From positions 1-42,976 of IMG/VR virus record IMGVR_UViG_3300029891_000006: a stretch of DNA of 42,976 nt; one strand, written 5' to 3'. Under the pieces are notes generated by a model that did no database searches, was not told the origin of the DNA, and worked only from the letters and a program-made list of their open reading frames with translations. Positions within the stretch are counted from its first letter, which is position 1, and each line of letters begins with the position of its first letter. Positions 27,546 to 36,741 of the stretch are shown in pieces. Origin of the DNA: a virus. Taxonomy: Duplodnaviria > Caudoviricetes. The translations under genes and the position numbers were made by a program.

Positions 27546-29462
27546 ATGAAAGCAAAAAAGGTTGAGCATTCAGAGTTTCGTTACGAAAAAATTCTGCTTG
27601 AAATTAAAGACAGACTGCAAAAAGCTATTGACGAAGATAATGAAAATCGCAAACTTGCATTATCTGATTTAGAATTTATAGGGGTTGAGGGCGCTCAGTG
27701 GCCTTCGGCTATCAGGGCTTCAAGGGAAGCAGACGGCAGGCCATGTATAACAACAAACAAATTGCCTACCTTTATTGACCAGGTCGTAGGCGATCAACGC
27801 ATGAATCGTCCTTCGATTAAAGTTATTCCTGTTGACTCAAAGGCAGACCCTGCGATAGCTGAAATCTTAGGTGGCTGGATTAAGCATGTCCAGCAGGCAT
27901 CGAAGGCAGATATTGCGATAGACCATGGTTTTGAACATGCTGTATCCTGTGGATATGGGGCTATAAGGGTTGTTACTGAATATTCGGATGAAGATTCATT
28001 TAATCAGGATGCTTACATACGAAAAATTAATAATGCCCTATCTGTTTACTGGGGCAAACATTCGGAATATGATTGTTCTGATGCGAAATACTGCATTATT
28101 ATTGGAGATATGGATAGGGAAGAATTTAAAGAAACATATGGACACGACCCTATGCCATTCAACCCGGCAGACAGTCGGTATGTAGAAGGCTGGTGTAATG
28201 CAAACACAGTAAGGCTTGCGGAATATTTTATTAAAGAACCAATTACCAAAATAATATATTTGTTAGAAGATGGTAGTGTGGTAGAGAAACTTCCCCCCGG
28301 TGAAATTCCTATTAAAAAACGTAGTAGTGTAGGCTATGAAATAAAATGGTATCTTGCATCAGGGAATAAAATTTTAGATGAAAAAATATGGCCAGGTAAG
28401 AAATATATTCCTATAATACCGATTTGGGGGAAGGAAATTAATGTAGGTGGCAAGCGGATAATCAGAGGTTTAATCAGAAATGCTAAAGACGCTCAAAGGC
28501 TTTATAATTTTTGGAATTCAGTAGATACTGAATTAGTAGCATTAGCTCCAAAGGCTCCTTATCTTGCAACTGCAAAACAGATAAAGGGGCATGAACCACA
28601 GTGGAGAGAAGCACATCGTAAGAACTTCCCTTATTTACTATTTAACCCTGATGAAAAAGCCCCGGGGTGGCCAAGGCGTGAAGCTCCGCCACAAGCGTCT
28701 TCTGCTATGGTAACAAAAATTCAGCAGGTTGATCAGGAAATAAGAGACACAATGGGGTTGCAAAAGGCTTCACTTGGGATGCAAAGTAACGAACGTTCAG
28801 GGGCTGCTATCAGGGAAAGAAAGATGGAAGGTGATGTTGGCACTTTTGCTTTTATAGATAATCTCAAGAGATCAATGGAACAACTTGGTCGTGTGTTGGT
28901 AGATGTTGCTCCGGGTGTTCTCGATACCGAAAGAATAATAAGATTAGGATTAGAGGGGGGATTACAGAAGTTTGAAGCGATAAACATAGAAACTACTCCT
29001 GACGGACCGATTGTAAACGATTTATCAATTGGTAAATACGATGTTGTAATCACTGTTGGGCCATCTTTTACTACGCAAAGGTCAGAGGCAAGACAAAGCA
29101 TGAGCGAGTTTATTCAATATTATAGGGAAGCTGCTCCTTTAATTGGCGATTTATATGCAAAGTCAATGGATTGGCCTGGTGCTGAAGAAATGGCAGAGAG
29201 GCTGGAATACTTATTACCGCCTGAAGTTAAAGAAAAGGTAAAACAGAAATCAGCAGAGTTAAGTGGAAAAATACCTGATAAGTCGCAGACACAACCACCT
29301 AATCCATTGTTAGAAGCAGAGTTACAAAAAGCAATATTAAAGATGCAGGAATTGCAGATAAAGGTTGAACAGGAAAAGGCAAGGCTTGAGGGTCTTCAGA
29401 TAGATAATGAATTGAAGATGGAAAAAGCTATGGGTTCACAACAAAAATTTAAGGAGGAATAA
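27546..29462 (+). CDS. Portal protein, P22-like
   Basis: GAQW..GRPCITTNK, GLIRNAKDAQRLYN, SGAAI, GKYDVVITVGPSFTTQR. Confidence 0.95.
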   Translation: MKAKKVEHSEFRYEKILLEIKDRLQKAIDEDNENRKLALSDLEFIGVEGAQWPSAIRASREADGRPCITTNKLPTFIDQVVGDQRMNRPSIKVIPVDSKADPAIAEILGGWIKHVQQASKADIAIDHGFEHAVSCGYGAIRVVTEYSDEDSFNQDAYIRKINNALSVYWGKHSEYDCSDAKYCIIIGDMDREEFKETYGHDPMPFNPADSRYVEGWCNANTVRLAEYFIKEPITKIIYLLEDGSVVEKLPPGEIPIKKRSSVGYEIKWYLASGNKILDEKIWPGKKYIPIIPIWGKEINVGGKRIIRGLIRNAKDAQRLYNFWNSVDTELVALAPKAPYLATAKQIKGHEPQWREAHRKNFPYLLFNPDEKAPGWPRREAPPQASSAMVTKIQQVDQEIRDTMGLQKASLGMQSNERSGAAIRERKMEGDVGTFAFIDNLKRSMEQLGRVLVDVAPGVLDTERIIRLGLEGGLQKFEAINIETTPDGPIVNDLSIGKYDVVITVGPSFTTQRSEARQSMSEFIQYYREAAPLIGDLYAKSMDWPGAEEMAERLEYLLPPEVKEKVKQKSAELSGKIPDKSQTQPPNPLLEAELQKAILKMQELQIKVEQEKARLEGLQIDNELKMEKAMGSQQKFKEE

Positions 29463-29463
29463 T

Positions 29464-29808
29464 ATGCCTGAGTTAATTAGTATGCTGTTGCCGAAAAAGA
29501 AGGATGACAAATCAAATGTTGAAATAACACCCGATGCTCCCAAGTGGCCATATGGGCTGAAGGTAACATTTGAAAAAGAACAGATAGATTTAATGCCTTC
29601 TTTAATTGATTTGAAGGTAGGCGATAGGGTTATGCTTCACGGGGAGGCTTGTGTTATTGAAGTTAGAATAACAGAAGAACAATCAGAGCCAGAGCATCAT
29701 ACTATTTCATTGCAGATTGAAAAAATAGCAGTTGAGCCTGTAGTTAAGAAAAAAATCGAGGAGATGACGATGAAAGAATATAAAAAAATGAGGGAAAGCG
29801 AGCGTTGA
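29464..29808 (+). CDS. Capsid-associated (staple-like) protein
   Basis: WPYGLKV..VGDRV..ISLQIEKI; lies between portal and scaffold. Confidence 0.6.
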   Translation: MPELISMLLPKKKDDKSNVEITPDAPKWPYGLKVTFEKEQIDLMPSLIDLKVGDRVMLHGEACVIEVRITEEQSEPEHHTISLQIEKIAVEPVVKKKIEEMTMKEYKKMRESER

Positions 29809-29872
29809 AGTTTTTACTAACAATTAACCGACTTGACGTATTCAAGGCATCAGACTTAGGAGGTCTGCATTT

Positions 29873-30772
29873 ATGATAATTTCAGAAGAAGAAAAGAATG
29901 TAAGTGTTATTCCTGTTATCAAGAATGAGGTGGATGATCCACAAAATTTATCTGTGAGCTCAGTTGCCCCACTTCCTGAAGCAGCGGATGAAATTACAGA
30001 GACCGAAGAAGAAAAGGAAGAAACGGTCGCTTCCGAAACAGAGAAGAAGGAAGAAACTTCTGAGGAAACTCTGCAAGAAAATATTGAGCAGCCTAAAAAC
30101 AGGGAAAGTGATGCGGTTCAGCGTAGATTTAACGAGCTTACAAAGCTCAGGAGAGAAGCCGAGCGTGGATTGGAATACGAACGCAAAAAACGTATTGAGC
30201 TTGAAGAAGAACTATCTAAAGTCAAACGCACTATGCCGCAAGGCAGTTCGGAAGGCAAGCCCAAAATAGACGATTTTGAAGATGATGCGGATTATTATGA
30301 AGCCCTTACTGAATGGAAAATTGAAGCCAAACTAAAGGCGAAAGACGAAGAAATGTCAAGGGCGACAAAGCAGGCAAATGAAAAAGCAGGGATTGATAGA
30401 ATTTATCAGGAACTTAATGGCAAAATCGAAAAAGGAAGCGCCAAGTATGCAGATTTTAATGAACTCGTCCTTAACGAAAATCTCAAGTTTTCTGATGCAA
30501 TGGTTGAATCAATTCTAATGTCTGACACTGCGGAAGACATTCTGTATTATCTCGGAAAGCATCCTGAAGAATCTGCTGTTATTGCGAAATTCCCACCGTT
30601 AAAAGTTGCTCACGAATTAGGTAAAATTGAGGCGAGGCTAAATGTCCCGCGAAAAAAACTAACACGAACGCCTGACCCCATATCTCCAGTAAACGCCATA
30701 GGCGTAACTGATAAAGACCCAGCCAATATGACACCAAGAGAATATAGGGCATGGCGTGAAAAAGACAAATAA
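29873..30772 (+). CDS. Capsid scaffolding protein
   Basis: Acidic N-terminus, VQRRFNELT coiled coil, YYLGKHPEE, MTPREYRAWR. Confidence 0.85.
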   Translation: MIISEEEKNVSVIPVIKNEVDDPQNLSVSSVAPLPEAADEITETEEEKEETVASETEKKEETSEETLQENIEQPKNRESDAVQRRFNELTKLRREAERGLEYERKKRIELEEELSKVKRTMPQGSSEGKPKIDDFEDDADYYEALTEWKIEAKLKAKDEEMSRATKQANEKAGIDRIYQELNGKIEKGSAKYADFNELVLNENLKFSDAMVESILMSDTAEDILYYLGKHPEESAVIAKFPPLKVAHELGKIEARLNVPRKKLTRTPDPISPVNAIGVTDKDPANMTPREYRAWREKDK

Positions 30773-30784
30773 AGGAGAATAATT

Positions 30785-31984
30785 ATGGCTTCAAGTAATA
30801 TACTTTTAACCCCAACTATTATAGCAAAAGAGGCAATGTTGCAGTTATCTAACAGCATGGCTATGTCAAAGCATGTTCATACTGCATATAAGAATGAATT
30901 TGTAAGGGTCGGGCAGACCATTACTGTGAAAAAGCCAAATAAGTTTAGGGCTACAAAGTCTGCAACACGAGTGAATACGGATATATCAGAGCAAAGCACT
31001 TCTATTACACTGGCTTCGCCTGCGCATGTTTCATGGGCTTTTAGTTCAACTGAGCTTACCACTACCATAAAGGAATACAGTAAGAATTATATTCAGCCTG
31101 CCGCATTGGCGCTGGCAAACATGATTGATACTGATTTATGTGGACTGTATTCGGAAGTTTATAATTCAGTAGGAACACCTGGTTCAACCCCTGCAACTTT
31201 TGCGGCTTTAGGTGAGGCACAGCAGAGACTTGATGATGAAACAGCGCCTTCTGATACCAGAGTTGGTATTCTAAATCCTGCGGCTAACTGGGCGCTGGCT
31301 GATGGACTCAAGGGGACTTTTGCACAGAATGTAGCAAAAAACATTGTAACAAAAGGCTTTTTGGGACAGATTGCTAACCTGAATCTCTACACCGACCAGA
31401 ATGTTGTCCGTCATACTACAGGGAACTTCACCGCTGGTGCAACACCTGTAATGAATGGCGCAACAGTTTCTGGCGCTACTTCCGTTATCACAAATGGCTG
31501 GAGTGGCTCTAATACAGTAAAAAAAGGCGATGTGTTCACTATTGCGGGCGTATATGCTGTCAACCCGATGTCAGGCGCTTCAACAGGTGTGCTTCGTCAA
31601 TTTGTTGTTACTGCGGATACTGATGATACAGGCGCGGATATGACCATTCCAATCTCACCTACAATAATTTATGGAGCAACCAATCCTTATACAAATGTTA
31701 GCGCACTTCCGCTAACTACTGCGGCCTTGACTTTTAAGGGAAACGCCAACAGTGTATATCCTCAGAACCTTATTTTCCACCCTTCGGCTTTTGCATTGGT
31801 AACAGTGCCTATTGAAATGCCATCGGGCGTATGGGGAGCAAGAGAGACTGACCCTGAAACAGGACTTAGCTGCAGAGTAGTCAAGCAGTATGATATTGAG
31901 TTTGATGAAGAAGTCATTAGAATTGATGTGCTTTCGGGCATTAAGGTATTGTATCCTGAGCTTGCTTGTAGGCTTTGGGGTTAA
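30785..31984 (+). CDS. Major capsid protein, P22 coat-like
   Basis: NILLTPTIIAKEA, GQTITVKKP, KGDVFTIAGV, RIDVLSG..YPELACRL. Confidence 0.95.
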   Translation: MASSNILLTPTIIAKEAMLQLSNSMAMSKHVHTAYKNEFVRVGQTITVKKPNKFRATKSATRVNTDISEQSTSITLASPAHVSWAFSSTELTTTIKEYSKNYIQPAALALANMIDTDLCGLYSEVYNSVGTPGSTPATFAALGEAQQRLDDETAPSDTRVGILNPAANWALADGLKGTFAQNVAKNIVTKGFLGQIANLNLYTDQNVVRHTTGNFTAGATPVMNGATVSGATSVITNGWSGSNTVKKGDVFTIAGVYAVNPMSGASTGVLRQFVVTADTDDTGADMTIPISPTIIYGATNPYTNVSALPLTTAALTFKGNANSVYPQNLIFHPSAFALVTVPIEMPSGVWGARETDPETGLSCRVVKQYDIEFDEEVIRIDVLSGIKVLYPELACRLWG

Positions 31985-32066
31985 GTTAAATTTCAAAAGC
32001 GATGGCGGACGCTATAATCCGCCACAAATCTTGACTTGAAAAGGTCATGCGAAAGGAGAAAAAATA

Positions 32067-32522
32067 ATGTCGGCAAACAATGTTTTATTAGGTTCAGATG
32101 CACAGGTCAAAGCAAATGGACATAAACCTTTGCCTCCTCAAATAAAAACTCCTGCATGGAGATTTCATAAGGATTTTCTTGAGGGTAAGGTATTCCTGAC
32201 TGATGATGAACTCGATGATGCAGACTCAAAAGGGTGGGTTGATCATCCAGGGAAGGCAAGGCTGTTGCAAGGGCATGAAAAAATATGGGAAGCACAGCAG
32301 TTGCTGGAAGCAAAAAAGCCGATACAAGAGAAAAGCAATAAGAATATTATTGAAGCTATTGCTGCTGAAATTGAGGCGAAGTATAAGAAAGATTATGAGG
32401 ATGCAAAAACACCTGTTGGGTCTCATCTTTGCACTTTATGCGGTAAGTCTTTTTCTACACTAAGGGCATTAAACATGCATGGAATTGCAGCGCATAAAAA
32501 TAAAATCAGGAGAGACGATTGA
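32067..32522 (+). CDS. Protein with a C-terminal C2H2 zinc finger
   Basis: CTLCGKSFSTLRALNMHGIAAH. Confidence 0.7.
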   Translation: MSANNVLLGSDAQVKANGHKPLPPQIKTPAWRFHKDFLEGKVFLTDDELDDADSKGWVDHPGKARLLQGHEKIWEAQQLLEAKKPIQEKSNKNIIEAIAAEIEAKYKKDYEDAKTPVGSHLCTLCGKSFSTLRALNMHGIAAHKNKIRRDD

Positions 32523-33229
32523 TAGTTGAAACTTTAATCAAGGCAGCATTTAGGAAAATAGGTGTGTTGTCGTCAGGAGAAAGTCCTGAGACAGATAGGC
32601 TGGATGAATCGCTTAAGGCGTTACAATCAATGCTTAGGTCTTGGGCGCAAAATCACATACTTATTTTTGCATCCAGCGAGGAGAGTTTTGTCTTAACTGC
32701 TGGGAAGACTTCCTATACATGGGGGATAGGAGGCGATATAAACACAATACGGCCTTATCAAATCCTAAGTGCATTTATTAGAGATTCAAATGGGACAGAC
32801 ATTCCTGTTAGAATTATCTCAGAAGGCGAATATGGAAGAATTTCCTCAAAGACTTCTATAGGCAGGCCAACATTGCTTTTTTATCATCCTGATTATCCGT
32901 TTGGGAAAATTTATGTTTATTCAACTCCAAACACTGTGGAAACAATGCTGTTTAAAACCTTAAAGCCATTTACCGAAACTTCTTCTTTTTCATCTGTTAA
33001 TGATACATTATCTTTTCCACCGAACTATGAGGAAGCATTAATATATGGACTTGCAATCCGCATAGCCCCTGAGTATGGAGTAAGAATGTCTAATGAAGCA
33101 GTAGCAATAGCAAATGATAGTTTTGATTCTGTTATAGGCTTAAATTCTCAAAATCAAATAGAACCGATAAGACTTGATAATGAATTACCGATAGGCAATA
33201 GAGGCGGATTTAATATAAATTCAGGTTGA
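32519..33229 (+). CDS. Head-to-tail adaptor (P22 gp4-like)
   Basis: LIKAAFRKIGVL..GE, LQSMLRSW, YEEALIYGLAIRIAPEYG. Confidence 0.85.
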   Translation: MIVETLIKAAFRKIGVLSSGESPETDRLDESLKALQSMLRSWAQNHILIFASSEESFVLTAGKTSYTWGIGGDINTIRPYQILSAFIRDSNGTDIPVRIISEGEYGRISSKTSIGRPTLLFYHPDYPFGKIYVYSTPNTVETMLFKTLKPFTETSSFSSVNDTLSFPPNYEEALIYGLAIRIAPEYGVRMSNEAVAIANDSFDSVIGLNSQNQIEPIRLDNELPIGNRGGFNINSG

Positions 33230-33248
33230 AAAACAGGAGGAGTTTTTT

Positions 33249-33584
33249 ATGATTGAAGAATACGAAAAACAAGAGATTATTGATAGGGCTGTTGAAAAAA
33301 CACTATTGAATATCCCTGAAATAATCGGCTCGCTAATGTCTTCTCATGCAGCCTTACATAAAATTAATCAAAAATTTTATTCTGATTATCCTGAATTTAA
33401 AGATAAGAAAGATATTGTTGCTTCAATAGTAGAAAGCATTGAAGGCAATAATCCACTTATGAAATACGAGGATATACTTCAAAAGGCTGTGCCAATAATC
33501 AAAGAAAGGATTTTAACTATCAAAAATCTCAACACAACTGATGTTAGAAAGCCTGATAGTCTTACATTTAATGGAGTTATTTAA
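33249..33584 (+). CDS. Hypothetical protein
   Basis: SD AGGAGG; TAATG coupling to the next gene. Confidence 0.65.
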   Translation: MIEEYEKQEIIDRAVEKTLLNIPEIIGSLMSSHAALHKINQKFYSDYPEFKDKKDIVASIVESIEGNNPLMKYEDILQKAVPIIKERILTIKNLNTTDVRKPDSLTFNGVI

Positions 33585-34954
33585 TGTCCATAGATTATGC
33601 AAAAGACGGTAGCTTTGCTTTACATATTGGCTCTGATAAACTTTCAAGGGGACTACGTCCTTCCAAGCGTATGCCACGCAATAATGAGTTTCTTATAGAA
33701 TGTAAGGGAGCAGTTGGCAGGGACGGGGTATTACAGGTTATTGATAATTTAACAAGAATAGATACCTCCGCCTTATCAGATGCAGTTTTTCCTTATCCAC
33801 AGATATTTGTATTCACGAATATGATTATTGTATGCACAGATACTAAAATTTACGAATGGGTAAATGGTTCGCTTTCAGGGGTAAAACTCACAGTTGTGGC
33901 AGGTAACACATGGGCGGCAGTAGATTTCCATGATTATGTTTATATGAGTAATGGCAAGGTGGCGGTTATTAGAGCCATTGATGGGACTTATAGTGTGAGG
34001 ACTGATATACCGACTGCTACAAGCATATTAAATTTTAACGGACAGGTGATAATCAGCTCTCCTAATGCAGGTTTTATATCGCCACCTCCACCTCCTGGCG
34101 CTGACAAGGCTATCTTCGGATACGGATATAATGACGAAGGTAGTCTATCCATAACTAATCTTGTTTCTAACACAGGTGTGGTAGCTACAGACACCGCAAG
34201 TGTAGGAACTGCAAGGTTCTATCTCGCAGCCACAGGCTATGGCACGGACAAGGCTATTTTTGGATATGGACATGCAAGCGGTGCCGTCTCCATAACCAAT
34301 CTTGTTTCTAACACAGGTGTGGTAGCTTCGGATACCGCAGGTGTAGGAACTGCAAGAAGTGGACTTGCAGCTGCAGGGTATGGTGGAGACAAAGCAATTT
34401 TCGGTTATGGCAGTGGTCTTGCCTCCATGACTAATCTTGTTTCTAACACAGGTGTGGTGTCTGAAAACACTACAGGTGTAGGAACTGCAAGACAATTCCT
34501 TGCAGCTGCAGGTTATGGTGGAGACAAGGCTATTTTTGGATATGGATGGACGGTTTTTATTTATGTCTCCATAACTAATCTTGTTTCTAACAGTGGTGTT
34601 GTGTCAGCAGATACAACAGGTGTAGGAACTGCAAGAGGTGGACTTGCAGCCGCAGGGTATGGTGGAGACAAAGCTATTTTTGGATATGGTTATGCAAGCG
34701 GTGCCGTCTCCATAACCAATCTTGTTTCTAACACAGGTGTGGTAGCTTCGGATACCGCAGGTGTAGGAAGCCCAAGGAACTCTCTTGCAGCTGCAGGGTA
34801 TGGTGGAAATAAAGCTATTTTTGGATATGGATATGCAGACGCTAACCTCGCCATGACCAATCTTGTTTCCAATACAGGCGTGGTGGCTTCAGACACTACA
34901 GGTGTAGGAACTGCAAGGTATGCTCTTGCAGCCGCAGGTTATGGCACGCAGTGA
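33584..34954 (+). CDS. Tail hub (gp10-like) N-terminal part + poly-Pro linker + Kelch-like propeller B
   Basis: ~165-aa beta-rich domain, SPPPPPG, six DKAIFGYG repeats (34103-34950). Confidence 0.7.
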   Translation: MSIDYAKDGSFALHIGSDKLSRGLRPSKRMPRNNEFLIECKGAVGRDGVLQVIDNLTRIDTSALSDAVFPYPQIFVFTNMIIVCTDTKIYEWVNGSLSGVKLTVVAGNTWAAVDFHDYVYMSNGKVAVIRAIDGTYSVRTDIPTATSILNFNGQVIISSPNAGFISPPPPPGADKAIFGYGYNDEGSLSITNLVSNTGVVATDTASVGTARFYLAATGYGTDKAIFGYGHASGAVSITNLVSNTGVVASDTAGVGTARSGLAAAGYGGDKAIFGYGSGLASMTNLVSNTGVVSENTTGVGTARQFLAAAGYGGDKAIFGYGWTVFIYVSITNLVSNSGVVSADTTGVGTARGGLAAAGYGGDKAIFGYGYASGAVSITNLVSNTGVVASDTAGVGSPRNSLAAAGYGGNKAIFGYGYADANLAMTNLVSNTGVVASDTTGVGTARYALAAAGYGTQ

Positions 34955-35080
34955 TTACTCTGACAGCAGTCAGCTTCTCACTTCAACGGCAGATATTTTA
35001 CAAGCATTAAAAAGAGGAATTTGTGATGAAAAATGATAAAAAATTCTGTTTGGGAATTTACAAAAAGAATTTAAACGCCA

Positions 35081-36205
35081 ATGAGTAACTGGAGAGACAT
35101 AGGCAAGTGGGCTGGGATTACTCTTTCGCCAAATGTCTTCGGCTATATTAATAACCCAAGATGGACTAAAGAGCTTGCACATAGTAATAAACATTTCCCT
35201 TGTGGGTATTGGTATAAAGGGACTGTAACGATAAATCCTGTTTGGGAATTTACAAAAGAACCAGAGGCTCTTAACTATGTCCCCCCTGACCCTTGCGACC
35301 CTTGGGGAGGCTTTCCCCCACCGCCCCTACCGCCCCCACCGCCGTTACACCTGCTATTTCATGCTTGGTTTGGAGGCCGAGGCGATGACGAAGGGCAGTT
35401 CGTTACTCCTGCTGGTATAGCCATTGACTCTAATTATATTTATGTTGCTGATACAGGCAATCGCAGAGTGCAGATATTTGATAAGACTACATACGACTGC
35501 AAAGGAGCATTTGGAGGCTTGGGTTTTGGTGATGGAAAGTTTTATTCTCCTTTCGCCATAGCTGTTGATGAATCTTATATTTATGTTTCTGACATAGACC
35601 TCCATAGAATACAGATATTTGATAAAGCTGCCCCATACGCCTTTGTAGGTAATTTCGGAAGTGAAGGCGATGGTGATGGACAGTTTAGTTTTCCTCGTGG
35701 TATAACTATTGACTCTAATTATATTTATGTTACTGACTCAGAGAATCATAGAGTGCAAATATTTAATAAAACTACATACGCCTTTGTGGCTAAATTTGGA
35801 AGCTATGGCGATGGTGATGGACAGTTTCGTATGCCTTCTGGTATAGCCATTGACTCTAATTATATTTATATCGTTGAATTAACAGGTAATAGAGCGCAGA
35901 TATTCAATAAGGCTACATACGCCTTTATAAACAAGTTTGGAAGCGGAATCGTAAGTGATAGGCAGTTCGATGGCGCTTACAGTATAGCTGTTGACTCTAA
36001 TTATATTTATGTTACTGAGACAGGAAAGGGCGGAGTGCAGATATTTGATAAGTCCACTCTTGTTTTTCAAAGTCAAATATTAAGTGGCGTTGAGCATTAC
36101 ATGGCTCCTGTTGGTGTAACTTCTGATGAAACTTATGTTTATATCACTGACAATTCTATTTCCAGGGATAAAATACAGATATTTAAATGGCAGCCACTAT
36201 TTTAG
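35081..36205 (+). CDS. Tail-associated protein: N-domain + poly-Pro linker + six-bladed NHL propeller
   Basis: PPPPLPPPPPL followed by NHL repeats; lies inside the tail gene block. Confidence 0.8.
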   Translation: MSNWRDIGKWAGITLSPNVFGYINNPRWTKELAHSNKHFPCGYWYKGTVTINPVWEFTKEPEALNYVPPDPCDPWGGFPPPPLPPPPPLHLLFHAWFGGRGDDEGQFVTPAGIAIDSNYIYVADTGNRRVQIFDKTTYDCKGAFGGLGFGDGKFYSPFAIAVDESYIYVSDIDLHRIQIFDKAAPYAFVGNFGSEGDGDGQFSFPRGITIDSNYIYVTDSENHRVQIFNKTTYAFVAKFGSYGDGDGQFRMPSGIAIDSNYIYIVELTGNRAQIFNKATYAFINKFGSGIVSDRQFDGAYSIAVDSNYIYVTETGKGGVQIFDKSTLVFQSQILSGVEHYMAPVGVTSDETYVYITDNSISRDKIQIFKWQPLF

Positions 36206-36279
36206 TTTTAAAAAGGAGGTTTTGAGAAAATTGTCTTATCCCAAATTTCTAAACTTTATAAAACATAAGGAGATAACAA

Positions 36280-36738
36280 ATGGCACATCAATGTCCTAAC
36301 ACTTATTACAAAATGCTACAAAAAGGGCAGCATGTCTTTGACACAGATGTATTTAAAATTATTCTAATGCAAAGTAGTTTTGTCTTTGATAGGGATACTC
36401 AAAACGCTTACGCAGATGTCTCTGGGTCGGAATTGCCTACTGCCAATGGTTATACTGTTGGAGGCGCAACATTAGCAGGAGTAGCTTTGAATGTTGACCA
36501 TGTCCTTGACCGTTCAAATGTAAGTTGGAATAATGTATCATGGACGGTCTCAGGCGGGCCTATAACTGCAAGCGGGGCTATTGTCTATAATGATTCAACA
36601 AGCACAGGCGGAGGTGATGATTACACAAAGGCGATTGTTGGCTATATTGACTTTAACGGGGCGCAGACAGCATCAGACGGTTCTACATTTAATATAGCAG
36701 GGCTTGTAGCATTCATTAAGAAGGTAACAGGAACATAA
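36280..36738 (+). CDS. Tail-associated structural protein
   Basis: SD AAGGAG; DVFKIILM..ELPTANGYTVGGATL..YIDF pattern common in phage tail genes. Confidence 0.65.
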   Translation: MAHQCPNTYYKMLQKGQHVFDTDVFKIILMQSSFVFDRDTQNAYADVSGSELPTANGYTVGGATLAGVALNVDHVLDRSNVSWNNVSWTVSGGPITASGAIVYNDSTSTGGGDDYTKAIVGYIDFNGAQTASDGSTFNIAGLVAFIKKVTGT

Positions 36739-36741
36739 AAA

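Noticed and set aside
5993-36205. Diversity-generating retroelement behind the variable propellers
   Set aside because: No reverse transcriptase-like ORF was recognised, and differences between copies include indels and non-adenine changes.
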